A stretch of 64,000 nucleotides of DNA from a virus (taxonomy: Duplodnaviria > Caudoviricetes). The translations under genes were made by a program, and so were the position numbers. Where the stretch lies: positions 4,702 to 68,701 of the IMG/VR virus record IMGVR_UViG_3300044719_000205; one strand, written 5' to 3'. Numbering within the stretch: the first letter of the stretch is position 1; every line of letters begins with the position of its first letter. Under the pieces are notes generated by a model, which saw only the letters and a program-made list of their open reading frames with translations, was not told the origin of the DNA and did no database searches. Below, piece after piece: positions 1 through 8,449 of this stretch.

Positions 1-2
1 TC

Positions 3-443
3 GCCATCTCGGAATCCTCTGCTGACACTGTCGCCTCGGCGCTGCTCGAAGGCCGCTTCGAGTTCTTCATGGACCAGCTGCCGACCTCTGAGGCATACAA
101 GGGCAACGCGCTGGAGATCAACCGGGTGGAGGAATATCGCAGGGTCCTCAATGACCTCCTCACCCGCACGGATCGCAACTCCGGCGCGTGCAACATCAGT
201 CGGGATGAACTCAGGACCGTCTTCGACTACACCGTGGGCGGTATCCCCAACACGCCGAACAAGTTCACGACGTACCTGAAGCACCACCGCATCCACATCG
301 GCAAGGTGTGGCTCCATGGCTCGACGGTGAATGGGCTCAAGCTCATGTGGCAGGACACCGACAAATGGAACACGTACCTCAAGACGTTCGCACCGGCCAA
401 GACCAGCGCGCAACCGAAGCGCAAACTGATGGCAGCGAAGTAA
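3..443 (+). CDS. 3' end of a gene that begins before the window; possibly the C-terminal domain of the primase/helicase
   Basis: Frame is open from base 3 (AISESSADTVASALLEGRFEFFMDQLP...). The primase guess is positional only: no primase is seen elsewhere in the window. Confidence 0.45.
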   Translation, partial: AISESSADTVASALLEGRFEFFMDQLPTSEAYKGNALEINRVEEYRRVLNDLLTRTDRNSGACNISRDELRTVFDYTVGGIPNTPNKFTTYLKHHRIHIGKVWLHGSTVNGLKLMWQDTDKWNTYLKTFAPAKTSAQPKRKLMAAK

Positions 444-700
444 GACTCAAGCTCACGATCAAGTACGACCTGCCGCGCGAAGACCGTTATCGCCATCGCG
501 GCACGTGGTGCAGCGCGCTGGTCAAGGGCGGCGGCGAATATGGCTCCATCGACGGCATCTGCATCGTCATCGTGCAGCTCGTTGACCGCACGGGCTGGTG
601 GATCGTGCCGGATAGTAAAGATGACGAAGCCAAGTTCACCGACCGCGGCCCATTCGATACACCCGAAGCTGCGATCGCTTACTTGAGGCTGGTGTCATGA
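308..700 (+). CDS. Small early protein, 'DRGP...RL' paralog family (true start uncertain, 368-440)
   Basis: Ends KFTDRGPFDTPEAAIAYLRLVS; ATGA overlap with the next gene. Confidence 0.6.
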   Translation: MAPWLDGEWAQAHVAGHRQMEHVPQDVRTGQDQRATEAQTDGSEVRLKLTIKYDLPREDRYRHRGTWCSALVKGGGEYGSIDGICIVIVQLVDRTGWWIVPDSKDDEAKFTDRGPFDTPEAAIAYLRLVS

Positions 701-957
701 GCCTCGACTTCACGGTCCCGCTCGACGTAATCGACACGGAGCGCACTGAACGAGGCGCAGGCCAATGGCTCCTACCAAGCCACAGCACTCGCTGGCTATA
801 CGACGGCGTCCATGTGATGCTGTTCAAGCGCAAGGCCAATGACACCTACTGGATCACCTCGCGATGGACCGACGACGAACGCCGTTTCTCCGACCGAGGC
901 CCATACACCAGGACCGAGGTCATCACTCTTCTCCGACTGCAAGGCAACAAGGTATGA
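697..957 (+). CDS. Small early protein, 'DRGP...RL' paralog family
   Basis: Ends RFSDRGPYTRTEVITLLRLQGNKV; ATGA overlaps at both ends. Confidence 0.75.
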   Translation: MSLDFTVPLDVIDTERTERGAGQWLLPSHSTRWLYDGVHVMLFKRKANDTYWITSRWTDDERRFSDRGPYTRTEVITLLRLQGNKV

Positions 958-1289
958 ACAAGCAATCCCTCATCGACGCATTCAAGTCCAACTTCGGCCA
1001 CATGCTGGGCCCGAACATCATCGAAGGCCTCGCCGAGGTCGCGCTGAAGCTCCAGCAGAAGCCGGCCGAGACCTACACCTACACAGCGGTGTATAGCGGA
1101 AACGGTGGTGCGCTCTTCGATAGCATCACCTACGATACGCCGCACGAGGCATGGCGCAAGTCGATGGACCATCCTGACCAGATTGGCATCATGCGCACGC
1201 TGAGCGCCGGCAAGACGGTCAAGGCGATCGAGTTCTTCGCTCGCGGGGACATCCTCAAGCGGGGGCAGCAGTGCCTGGACGAGATCTGA
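954..1289 (+). CDS. Hypothetical protein (MNKQSLIDAF...)
   Basis: ATGA-coupled start at 954 with AAGG upstream. Confidence 0.7.
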   Translation: MNKQSLIDAFKSNFGHMLGPNIIEGLAEVALKLQQKPAETYTYTAVYSGNGGALFDSITYDTPHEAWRKSMDHPDQIGIMRTLSAGKTVKAIEFFARGDILKRGQQCLDEI

Positions 1290-1537
1290 CGGTCTCCAAC
1301 GAACGCCTCGATGCACTGGAAGGCCTGGCTTCCGATCACGCGGACTACGACCTCGTCACGCTGCCAGCCGGGTATTACGACAGCTTCCTCGCCTGCCGTG
1401 GCGAGCGGCTGATCCTCACTCATCTCCGGCCCAGCTACAAGGTCTACGCCCGCGACATCCGCATCGCGGTTTCGCACTATCGGTGCGTGACGAGCAATGA
1501 AATGAAAGCTCGCCTCCTGGGCAGCAAGAAGCAGTAA
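1271..1537 (+). CDS. Hypothetical protein with C-terminal RL tag
   Basis: GTG start after GGGGG; ends NEMKARLLGSKKQ. Confidence 0.65.
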   Translation: MPGRDLTVSNERLDALEGLASDHADYDLVTLPAGYYDSFLACRGERLILTHLRPSYKVYARDIRIAVSHYRCVTSNEMKARLLGSKKQ

Positions 1538-1559
1538 ACTCGCCGTCCCCGGAGGACCC

Positions 1560-1811
1560 ATGCGACGCACCGACAAGCAATTCCTCGACCAGATCCGAGC
1601 GCTGATCGACGCCAATACACGCTATGGCCGGATCACCCTGAGTCCCGCGGATTACGAGGACCTCGCTGACCTTGTTGGCATCGCGAACCCGCGACCAGCC
1701 TCCGCTCCCGGCCTGCACGTCACTCTCGATCTGGTCACCGCCACGATCCTACTCGGCCAAGCCAAGCAGGGCCTCGCTACCGCCATCAAGAACCGCCTCA
1801 CACCAGCATGA
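1560..1811 (+). CDS. Hypothetical protein with C-terminal RL tag
   Basis: GGAGG Shine-Dalgarno (SD); ends LATAIKNRLTPA. Confidence 0.75.
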   Translation: MRRTDKQFLDQIRALIDANTRYGRITLSPADYEDLADLVGIANPRPASAPGLHVTLDLVTATILLGQAKQGLATAIKNRLTPA

Positions 1812-1993
1812 TTACCATCCCTGAACCGATAGCGGGCCAACTTGCTTATTGGATCGCACGTAACAAGAAAGGTGAGCTGGTTCATGGCACACCACTATGG
1901 GAGGAATTCAAGAACTGGGTGTACGTCAACCGCATACACCACTATGTCTTCGATCCCAAATACCAAGAGCACCTTAAACTGCTGCTGCGCTGA
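1808..1993 (+). CDS. Hypothetical protein
   Basis: ATGA-coupled; ends EHLKLLLR (possible tag variant). Confidence 0.65.
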   Translation: MITIPEPIAGQLAYWIARNKKGELVHGTPLWEEFKNWVYVNRIHHYVFDPKYQEHLKLLLR

Positions 1994-2005
1994 AAGACAA
2001 AACCA

Positions 2006-2287
2006 ATGAGCGCGAAAGCCGACATCGAGCAGCTCAAGGAGCAGGTCCTGGGTAACCTCAAAGTCATCGACGATGAGATCAACTACATCCTCGGTGGTGG
2101 CGCCATAGGCAACATGCCTGAGCAACGCATCAGCGACCGAGACCTACGCGAAGCCATGGCCGGCCTCGAGACCTTCATTGCGATCGCACTGCGCGTCTTC
2201 GCCAAGACCAATCCGAGCAAGATCCGCAGCGAGGCGATCACGCAAGAGATCGCCAGCCGAATCAGCGGCAAGACTCTGATCATCTGA
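2006..2287 (+). CDS. Hypothetical helical protein
   Basis: ORF with phage-like codon use; C-terminal EIASRISGK. Confidence 0.7.
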   Translation: MSAKADIEQLKEQVLGNLKVIDDEINYILGGGAIGNMPEQRISDRDLREAMAGLETFIAIALRVFAKTNPSKIRSEAITQEIASRISGKTLII

Positions 2288-2298
2288 TTCGACTCAGG

Positions 2299-2440
2299 AC
2301 AGAAGCCCAGCACTCAAGGTACCACGAGGCTAACAGCTAGGCTTCTGTGCTGGGTCGATCCGCGTTTGCGCGGCAACGCGCAGCACACGAGCACACAAAC
2401 GGACTATGCGGCTTTGTCCCCCGTGCGTTTCGACCCAGCA
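2299..2440 (+). ncRNA. Putative structured RNA / leader upstream of the AAA+ gene
   Basis: 11-bp inverted repeat 2348-2358/2430-2440 encloses two hairpins; a competing strand at 2299-2313 is complementary to 2340-2354. Confidence 0.3.
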
Positions 2441-2445
2441 TCTAA

Positions 2446-2460
2446 TCTCTAACTTCGATC
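2446..2460. promoter_or_regulatory. Palindromic operator-like site (TCTCTAA-C-TTCGATC)
   Basis: Member of the recurring GATCKAA-N-TTMGATC motif; about 20 bp upstream of the AAA+ ATG. Confidence 0.55.
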
Positions 2461-2481
2461 TACTCTGCAAGGAAGACACTA

Positions 2482-3504
2482 ATGCGCCCCTCTTCGATCG
2501 CCCGCACCGTCACCCTCCTGACCAAGAAGCAGCGTCCGTGCTTCATCTGGGGCCCGCCCGGCGTTGGCAAGTCCGATGTGATCGCCCAGGTCGCTGAGGC
2601 CAACGAGATGGAGCTGCGCGACGTGCGGCTGAACCTGCTCGACCCGGTCGACCTGAAGGGCTTCCCGGTGCCGGACCACGAGACCAAGCAGATGTCCTGG
2701 TACCCGCCTGACTTCTTGCCGCCGATGCACGTGAAGAAGGGCAACAAGATGGTGCCCAATCCCTCGAAGGGCATCCTGTTCCTGGACGAGCTGACCTCCG
2801 CCGAACGCTCGGTGCAGGCCGCCTCCTACCAGCTGATGCTCAACCGTGCGATCGGTGACTACAAGCTGCCCGACGGCTGGTCGATCGTCGCTGCGGGCAA
2901 CCGCGCCAGCGACCGCTCTGTCGTTCACGCCATGCCAGCGGCGCTGTCCAATCGTCTTGTCCACCTCGACTACGAGGTGAACCTCGACGACTGGTGCCAG
3001 TGGGCGCTGAAGAACGGCATCAAACCCGAGGTGCTGGCGTTCATTCGTTTCAAGTCGAACCTGCTGCACGACTTCAAGCCCAGCGACAACCCGCGTGCGT
3101 TTCCCACGCCGCGCAGCTGGATGTTCGTCAACGAGATCATCGGCGAGGGCCTGCCGGCCGATGAGGAGTTCGAGACCATCAAGGGCACCGTCGGCGAAGG
3201 TGCGGCCGGCGAGTTCCTCGCGTTCCTGCGCGTGATCCGCGACATGCCGAACCCGGACGAGATCCTGGTCAATCCGAAGGGTGCGCCGGTGCCCGAGCAG
3301 CCGTCGGTGCTCTACGCGCTCACCACATCCTTGGCGATCCGTGCCACGAAGGACAACTTTGACCGGCTGATGCAGTACACCGACCGGCTGCCCACCGAGT
3401 TCCAGGTGGTCTTCGTGCGCGACAGCGTCAAGCGCTGCGACGACGTGAGCAAGTCGCAGGCGTTCACGAAGTGGGCCATCGCGAATAGCGACGTGCTGAT
3501 GTGA
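2482..3504 (+). CDS. MoxR-like AAA+ ATPase (AAA_5 type)
   Basis: Walker A GPPGVGKS, Walker B ILFLDE, sensor-1 AAGN, arginine finger ALSNRL, PTPRSW. Confidence 0.9.
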   Translation: MRPSSIARTVTLLTKKQRPCFIWGPPGVGKSDVIAQVAEANEMELRDVRLNLLDPVDLKGFPVPDHETKQMSWYPPDFLPPMHVKKGNKMVPNPSKGILFLDELTSAERSVQAASYQLMLNRAIGDYKLPDGWSIVAAGNRASDRSVVHAMPAALSNRLVHLDYEVNLDDWCQWALKNGIKPEVLAFIRFKSNLLHDFKPSDNPRAFPTPRSWMFVNEIIGEGLPADEEFETIKGTVGEGAAGEFLAFLRVIRDMPNPDEILVNPKGAPVPEQPSVLYALTTSLAIRATKDNFDRLMQYTDRLPTEFQVVFVRDSVKRCDDVSKSQAFTKWAIANSDVLM

Positions 3505-3698
3505 ACGACGATGAACTGGTACGGGCGGCCACGTCCGCACCACTTTCTGTTGTCTACGACGTGTGGTGCCGCATCGACCATCATCCGTATGGAAGCTTAA
3601 GCGACTGGTACAAGCACCTTCAACAACGCAATGTGCATGCGCTTGAAGTCGCTGAAAGGATGCTGCCATTGATCGTCGAAGCGAGGCTGAAGCAATGA
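3501..3698 (+). CDS. Small helical protein with RL tag
   Basis: GTGA-coupled; ends LIVEARLKQ. Confidence 0.75.
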   Translation: MNDDELVRAATSAPLSVVYDVWCRIDHHPYGSLSDWYKHLQQRNVHALEVAERMLPLIVEARLKQ

Positions 3699-3910
3699 AC
3701 CGCATCCCGAAGACCGCGCCACCACTGCCCGATCTCGCGATCTGGAAAGAACTCTGGACTTCGGGCAGCCACAACTACGGCAAGCGCATGCGCGGGCTTC
3801 GTGCCTGCGCACGCGACGCCGCCAACGGCAACCGGCGCGCGAAGGAGATCATGGCGCAGGTGTGGGAAGAGCACGCACGCCGTGTCGTTCTGGCGAGGTT
3901 GAAGTCATGA
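3695..3910 (+). CDS. Small helical protein with RL tag
   Basis: Ends ANGNRRAKEIMAQVWEEHARRVVLARLKS. Confidence 0.75.
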   Translation: MNRIPKTAPPLPDLAIWKELWTSGSHNYGKRMRGLRACARDAANGNRRAKEIMAQVWEEHARRVVLARLKS

Positions 3911-4113
3911 GCAGCTGGAACTTCATGAAGGCCATCGACGAGATGGGCCCAGCCAACTTCCGCATCTGGGAGCGCGTGCGCAAGGGCACGCCCTTCAAGG
4001 ATCAGTGCACGCCGCGCGGTGCGATGTACCGCGCAGCCCGCGGCGACGAAGCAGCCAGGGCGATCGTCGAGCAGTACAAGGCCGAGCTGGTAAAAGCGAG
4101 GCTGAAGTCATGA
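3907..4113 (+). CDS. Small helical protein with RL tag
   Basis: ATGA start 3907; ends ARGDEAARAIVEQYKAELVKARLKS. Confidence 0.75.
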   Translation: MSSWNFMKAIDEMGPANFRIWERVRKGTPFKDQCTPRGAMYRAARGDEAARAIVEQYKAELVKARLKS

Positions 4114-4328
4114 CCTGCACTGCGATTGACTCGGTGATGGAAAACTGCATCGCAGATGCAGCCGCGGAGGTATACGGGCGCTACTGGTGGCTCAGGAAAT
4201 TCTGTCCAGACACTCACGAACAATGGCAAGCATTCCTCCACCGCGTCCAAAGGGGCGCAAACGATCCGAGGCGGCGCACGTTGCGCCGGATCTGGCTCCG
4301 CGCCGTCGCACTAAGACTGAGTCGGTGA
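4110..4328 (+). CDS. Small protein with RL tag
   Basis: ATGA start 4110; ends WLRAVALRLSR. Confidence 0.7.
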   Translation: MTCTAIDSVMENCIADAAAEVYGRYWWLRKFCPDTHEQWQAFLHRVQRGANDPRRRTLRRIWLRAVALRLSR

Positions 4329-4606
4329 CGCCGGAGTGGGAGTGGGAGTGGGATGGTGAGCACCGACCTGTACTGATCATGGACGAGGTCTCGCGCATCC
4401 ACACCACGCGCCACGAGATGTTCATTCGCGCTTGCGAGGCCACGCACGGCAACGCCATCAGCCCCAAGACTGTCGCTCGCCTCGATGCCCAGGAGATCGA
4501 AAACCTCATCACCAAGATGCAGCGCTACGCGCGCAGCTCCGATCCGAAGAAAGCACCATGGAAACGACTGAACGCGGCGTTCGTGAAGCTGCTCTTGAAC
4601 TGCTGA
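4325..4606 (+). CDS. Hypothetical protein
   Basis: GTGA-coupled start 4325; ends AFVKLLLNC. Confidence 0.6.
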   Translation: MTPEWEWEWDGEHRPVLIMDEVSRIHTTRHEMFIRACEATHGNAISPKTVARLDAQEIENLITKMQRYARSSDPKKAPWKRLNAAFVKLLLNC

Positions 4607-4863
4607 AGAAAGTGCTTCAAGGCTATAAAGCAGATGGCATCTTGGACGACACGTTCCGCAATCTGTGGCGCGAGTACCTCTACGAGCTGTATGGCCCGCT
4701 CATGAGTCGCGAAAACCACCCGTACCGCAAGTTTGACAGCACTTGGACTGACGACATACGCACACTCAAAGCTGACCTCCGTGCCAATGATCCGAGCGCG
4801 CTGGACTTTGCTGAAAAGTGGCTCACGTGGTGCACCGCTCAACGACTCAAAGGAGAATCCTGA
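4558..4863 (+). CDS. Small helical protein with RL tag
   Basis: Ends ANDPSALDFAEKWLTWCTAQRLKGES; TGATG-coupled to the next gene. Confidence 0.7.
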   Translation: METTERGVREAALELLKKVLQGYKADGILDDTFRNLWREYLYELYGPLMSRENHPYRKFDSTWTDDIRTLKADLRANDPSALDFAEKWLTWCTAQRLKGES

Positions 4864-5687
4864 TGTCCCTCAACACCCAGGCAATGCTGGCGAACCTCAA
4901 CATCAGCCAGTGGACCGCCCGCAAGCACGACCGCAAGGCCACGGCCGAGGTCGAGCAGAACCACGCGGCCAAGGACGCCGGCCGCTTTAACAAGCTCCTC
5001 ATCGACAAGTCCGCGCTGGAAGCGATCCAGAAGGTCGCCAGCGCCGCGCGTGACCACCACTACAAGGTCACGCTGCCCTGGGGCGACAACGGCGACCGGC
5101 TGCTCCCGAGCAAGCTCTACCTCACCTACACCCAGGACATGCGGCTGTTCCGCCAGCAGTTCGAGAGCGAGGTCAACATCTTCGTGCGCGACTACCCGCA
5201 CCTCGTGCAGAGCGCGCGCCAGCGCTTGGGCACGCTGTACGACCCGGCGGACTACCCGATGGACATCCGCGACCGGTTCTCCTTCTCCACCGCCTTCACA
5301 CCAGTCCCCGATGCCAAGGACTTTCGTGTCGATGTGGCCGCCGAGGATGCCGAACGCATCCGCAGCGACATCGAGCGCATGGTGCAGGACCGGCAGGCCC
5401 AGGCCGTACGCGACGCGTTTGACCGGGCCAGGGACATCGTGCTGCGCGTGCGGGACCGCTGCAGCGCCGAGAAGCCAATCATTCGCGAGTCCCTGATGGG
5501 CAACGTGCAGGAACTGATCGACATGCTGCCAGCGTTCAACCTGACCAAGGACCCGAAACTCGACGAGCTGGCCCGCGATCTCAAGGGCCTCGTCAAGCAT
5601 CCCGACGCTCTGCGGACGCGAGCGGACGTGCGCGAGGACACGGCCAAGGCAGCGAGCGACATCCTGTCGAAGATGGGGTGGAACTGA
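4863..5687 (+). CDS. DUF3150-like protein
   Basis: MLxxLxISxWTARK start, TLPWxDNGxRLLP and LGxLYDPADYP patterns typical of the family that accompanies MoxR/vWA genes in mobile elements; AAGGAG SD. Confidence 0.7.
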   Translation: MSLNTQAMLANLNISQWTARKHDRKATAEVEQNHAAKDAGRFNKLLIDKSALEAIQKVASAARDHHYKVTLPWGDNGDRLLPSKLYLTYTQDMRLFRQQFESEVNIFVRDYPHLVQSARQRLGTLYDPADYPMDIRDRFSFSTAFTPVPDAKDFRVDVAAEDAERIRSDIERMVQDRQAQAVRDAFDRARDIVLRVRDRCSAEKPIIRESLMGNVQELIDMLPAFNLTKDPKLDELARDLKGLVKHPDALRTRADVREDTAKAASDILSKMGWN

Positions 5688-5905
5688 GGACGACCCCTTC
5701 AGGTTCGGGCGACACGATCCTCTGGGATGACCGTCCGATCATCTACGCCGCGATCGGCAACTTGCGCTGTCAGTTCCCGGATGTGCACAGCAAGTGGTCA
5801 AGCTCTCGCCATGACAATGCAGTGATCGACGCATTCAAGGACGACCCCAAATTCCGCGAGGCGTTGACGGCCGAGATCATCAAGCTGAGGTTGGAATGGA
5901 GCTGA
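5678..5905 (+). CDS. Small protein, 'DPxFRE' pair, RL tag
   Basis: Ends FKDDPKFREALTAEIIKLRLEWS. Confidence 0.7.
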   Translation: MELRTTPSGSGDTILWDDRPIIYAAIGNLRCQFPDVHSKWSSSRHDNAVIDAFKDDPKFREALTAEIIKLRLEWS

Positions 5906-6171
5906 AGTTCAACAGCGTCAACACAACGGCGCGAGATTATCCGTATCGACCGATCGTCGTTCGCCTGTTCTGTGAAGACAAAGCCCCTCGTACCTTGTTT
6001 GTTGCTGCTGCCGAACGCCTTTACAACTACTACCCCGAAGTGATCGACACGTGGCGCAACGAAAGCGGCGATGGCGTGATTGAAGACCGATACAACAACG
6101 ATCCAGCCTTTCGCGAGATGCTCGTTGAAGCGCTTACTGCCATCTTGGTCAAGCACAAGCTCGTGAGCTGA
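5896..6171 (+). CDS. Small protein, 'DPxFRE' pair
   Basis: Ends YNNDPAFREMLVEALTAILVKHKLVS. Confidence 0.7.
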   Translation: MELKFNSVNTTARDYPYRPIVVRLFCEDKAPRTLFVAAAERLYNYYPEVIDTWRNESGDGVIEDRYNNDPAFREMLVEALTAILVKHKLVS

Positions 6172-6173
6172 TC

Positions 6174-6404
6174 ATGCACTTCGCCAAAGGCAGGATGGAC
6201 GACAAGCAGCGGCTCTATTACGACGCGCTGCGTGCGCTCGCGATCGGGCACGACATCTACCGCAAGAACCTCGTCACATTCACCAACGCCGATGAGCGTT
6301 GGCGCAACCGCTTCATCGCCCACATCGAACGACAATCCGAAGCCGGCCTGCCCTTTGCGGTAGAGCTGGTGCAAGCCGTCACTCTACTCAGGTTGAAAGC
6401 ATGA
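6174..6404 (+). CDS. Small helical protein with RL tag
   Basis: Ends SEAGLPFAVELVQAVTLLRLKA. Confidence 0.75.
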   Translation: MHFAKGRMDDKQRLYYDALRALAIGHDIYRKNLVTFTNADERWRNRFIAHIERQSEAGLPFAVELVQAVTLLRLKA

Positions 6405-7579
6405 CCACCAAGACCCCCGACGCCGAAGTCCTCAAGAAGCTCACCAAGGCACGCGCCACGCTGATCATCGACCAGCCGTTCTTCGGCACGCTGGCGCTGC
6501 GGCTGAAGCTCGTGCCGATGCCCGATGAGCTGGAGGCCATGCAGAAGGCCCGTGGCATGAAGCCCACACTGGCGGTCGATGGCGAGCATATCTACTACTG
6601 CGAAGACTTCATCCGTGACCTCGACCTGCCGCTGGTGAAGTCCGCCTTGGCGCACGAAGTCGGCCACTGCGTGTTCGACCACATCGGCCGCCGCGGGCAC
6701 CGCGATCCGACCGGCTGGAACATGGCCGGCGACTACGTCATCAACGACATGCTCAAGGATGCCGGCTTCCCGCTCGGCGAGGGCTGGCTGTGGAACGCGG
6801 CCTACAAAGGCATGAGCGCGGACCAGATCTACAACCAGCTGCCGAAGAATCCGCAGGGCGGCCAGGGCCAGGGTCAAGGCAAGGGCAACTCCCAGGGCGG
6901 CAACCAACCGCTGTGCGACATCCTCGACGGCAAGCAGGACCCGGCCGACAAGGCGATGCAGCAGAACGACTGGAAGGTGGCGACCATCCAGGCGGCCAAT
7001 GCAGCGAAGCAGCAGGGCAAGCTGCCCGGCTCTCTCGCACGCTTCGTCGAGGAGATGACGGCGAGCAAGGTGGATTGGCGCGACAAGCTGCGCCGCTTCA
7101 TTACCGAGCGCGCCAAGGACGAGTACAACTGGCATCGCCCGAACCGCCGCTACCTGAGCGCAGGCTTGTACCTGCCGAGCCTGTACAGCGAGCACCTGGG
7201 CACGATCGTCGTGGTGACCGATGACTCGGGCTCGATCGGTGACGACATGCTCAAGGCCTTCGCCTCCGAGATCGGCGCGATCCGTGACAGCACGCTGCCC
7301 AAGAAGACCATCCACATCTCCTGCGACGCTCGCGTCAACCACGTGGCCGAGTTCGAGCAGCACGACGAGTTCAAGCTCGTCAGCAAGGGCGGTGGTGGCA
7401 CCGACTTCCGCCCGCCCTTCGACTGGCTCGACAAGCGCGGCATCAAGCCGGCATGCCTCGTGTACCTCACGGACATGTACGGCAGTTTCCCGCAGCAGGC
7501 GCCGGATTACCCGGTGCTGTGGTGCGCCACGACCGGACAGGTGGGGCCATGGGGCGAGACGGTGAAGATCGAGTTGTAA
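6401..7579 (+). CDS. Metallopeptidase + vWA domain protein (DUF2201-like)
   Basis: HExxH (AHEVGHC), MIDAS DxSxS (TDDSGSI), GGGGTDF, LTDMYG; ATGA start at 6401. Confidence 0.85.
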   Translation: MTTKTPDAEVLKKLTKARATLIIDQPFFGTLALRLKLVPMPDELEAMQKARGMKPTLAVDGEHIYYCEDFIRDLDLPLVKSALAHEVGHCVFDHIGRRGHRDPTGWNMAGDYVINDMLKDAGFPLGEGWLWNAAYKGMSADQIYNQLPKNPQGGQGQGQGKGNSQGGNQPLCDILDGKQDPADKAMQQNDWKVATIQAANAAKQQGKLPGSLARFVEEMTASKVDWRDKLRRFITERAKDEYNWHRPNRRYLSAGLYLPSLYSEHLGTIVVVTDDSGSIGDDMLKAFASEIGAIRDSTLPKKTIHISCDARVNHVAEFEQHDEFKLVSKGGGGTDFRPPFDWLDKRGIKPACLVYLTDMYGSFPQQAPDYPVLWCATTGQVGPWGETVKIEL

Positions 7580-7806
7580 AGGCTTCGATACCGTTCACGC
7601 ATCGTCAGCTGCGCTGCTTTGCGTACCTCGCCAATGACGAACGAGGCATGGCGCTTTTTGAGCATGCAGGAGCACAACGTGTCGCGTTACAGGACCAACA
7701 CGGTCAGTGGTTCCTTGTATGCAATGAAGGCTCTAGCGAACACGGAGACATCGGGCCGGTGCCTTTCGAAGTGGCACTGGCCCTCGTTCGATTGAAAGGA
7801 ACATGA
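7549..7806 (+). CDS. Small protein, 'DxGP...RL' paralog family
   Basis: Ends EHGDIGPVPFEVALALVRLKGT; ATG 7549 preceded by AGGTG. Confidence 0.65.
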   Translation: MGRDGEDRVVKASIPFTHRQLRCFAYLANDERGMALFEHAGAQRVALQDQHGQWFLVCNEGSSEHGDIGPVPFEVALALVRLKGT

Positions 7807-8285
7807 ACATGGGATGCGACATCCACCTTGTGCTGGAGCGCAAGGACAAGGAGCGCGACCGCTGGGTCGGCGTGCGGAGCTACCGCTACTTCGCAGCGAG
7901 CCTGCTGTACCGCGTGAAGATCACCAGCAACTACGCCGGATACGTCCTCAAGCAGCGCGACTACAGTCTCTTCAACGACCTCTGTGGTGTGCGCGGCGAC
8001 GGCTCCGAGTTCGGCTACGAGCCCAAGGGCTTGCCCGATGACATGTCGGACCTGACAGCAATGGAGCTGAGCGACGACAGCGACCTGCACAGCCATTCCT
8101 GGCTCAGCATGGCCGAGCTACGGCCGGTGATGGAGAAGCACTTCGGTCCGCAGCTCGTTGCCGGTCGGCTCAAGGACGAAGTGCGTGCCGGTGCCGACGT
8201 GCTGCGCACGTTCGTCGACGACGACATCGGCGATGAGTACGCACCTGAAGAAAACTGGCGTCTGGTGTTCGCCTTCGACAATTGA
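7803..8285 (+). CDS. Conserved phage protein (MGCDIH...AFDN type)
   Basis: MGCDIH, RDYSLF, PKGLPDD, HSHSWL, RLVFAFDN motifs. Confidence 0.75.
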   Translation: MNMGCDIHLVLERKDKERDRWVGVRSYRYFAASLLYRVKITSNYAGYVLKQRDYSLFNDLCGVRGDGSEFGYEPKGLPDDMSDLTAMELSDDSDLHSHSWLSMAELRPVMEKHFGPQLVAGRLKDEVRAGADVLRTFVDDDIGDEYAPEENWRLVFAFDN

Positions 8286-8449
8286 TGGGCAAGCCGCTTC
8301 CGCCCGGCCCGGTGTGGGAGTGCCCGGGGTGCCAGCGCGCCTACGGGCACTACTTCACCCAGTGCGCCTACTGCAAGCCCACCATCTACAGGCCAGGACA
8401 TGAAGTTCAGCGAACTGCCCGACAACGTAAAGGACCGCCTACGCGATGA
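8285..8449 (+). CDS. Small C4 zinc-ribbon protein (54 aa, below the ORF-track cutoff)
   Basis: TGATG-coupled; MGKPLPPGPVWECPGCQRAYGHYFTQCAYCKP... Confidence 0.6.
   Translation: MGKPLPPGPVWECPGCQRAYGHYFTQCAYCKPTIYRPGHEVQRTARQRKGPPTR

Noticed and set aside
2282-2440. Hammerhead, twister or pistol ribozyme
   Set aside because: Conserved catalytic cores such as CUGANGA/GAAA are not present.
2479-3774. 431-aa minus-strand ORF
   Set aside because: Antisense shadow of the AAA+ gene, typical of high-GC DNA; no motifs.
440-7578. Systematic non-canonical GTA/CTG starts overlapping upstream stops (440, 1286, 4603, 7576)
   Set aside because: Most have a nearby in-frame ATG/GTG with a plausible SD (1271, 4558, 7549); only 440 is unresolved.
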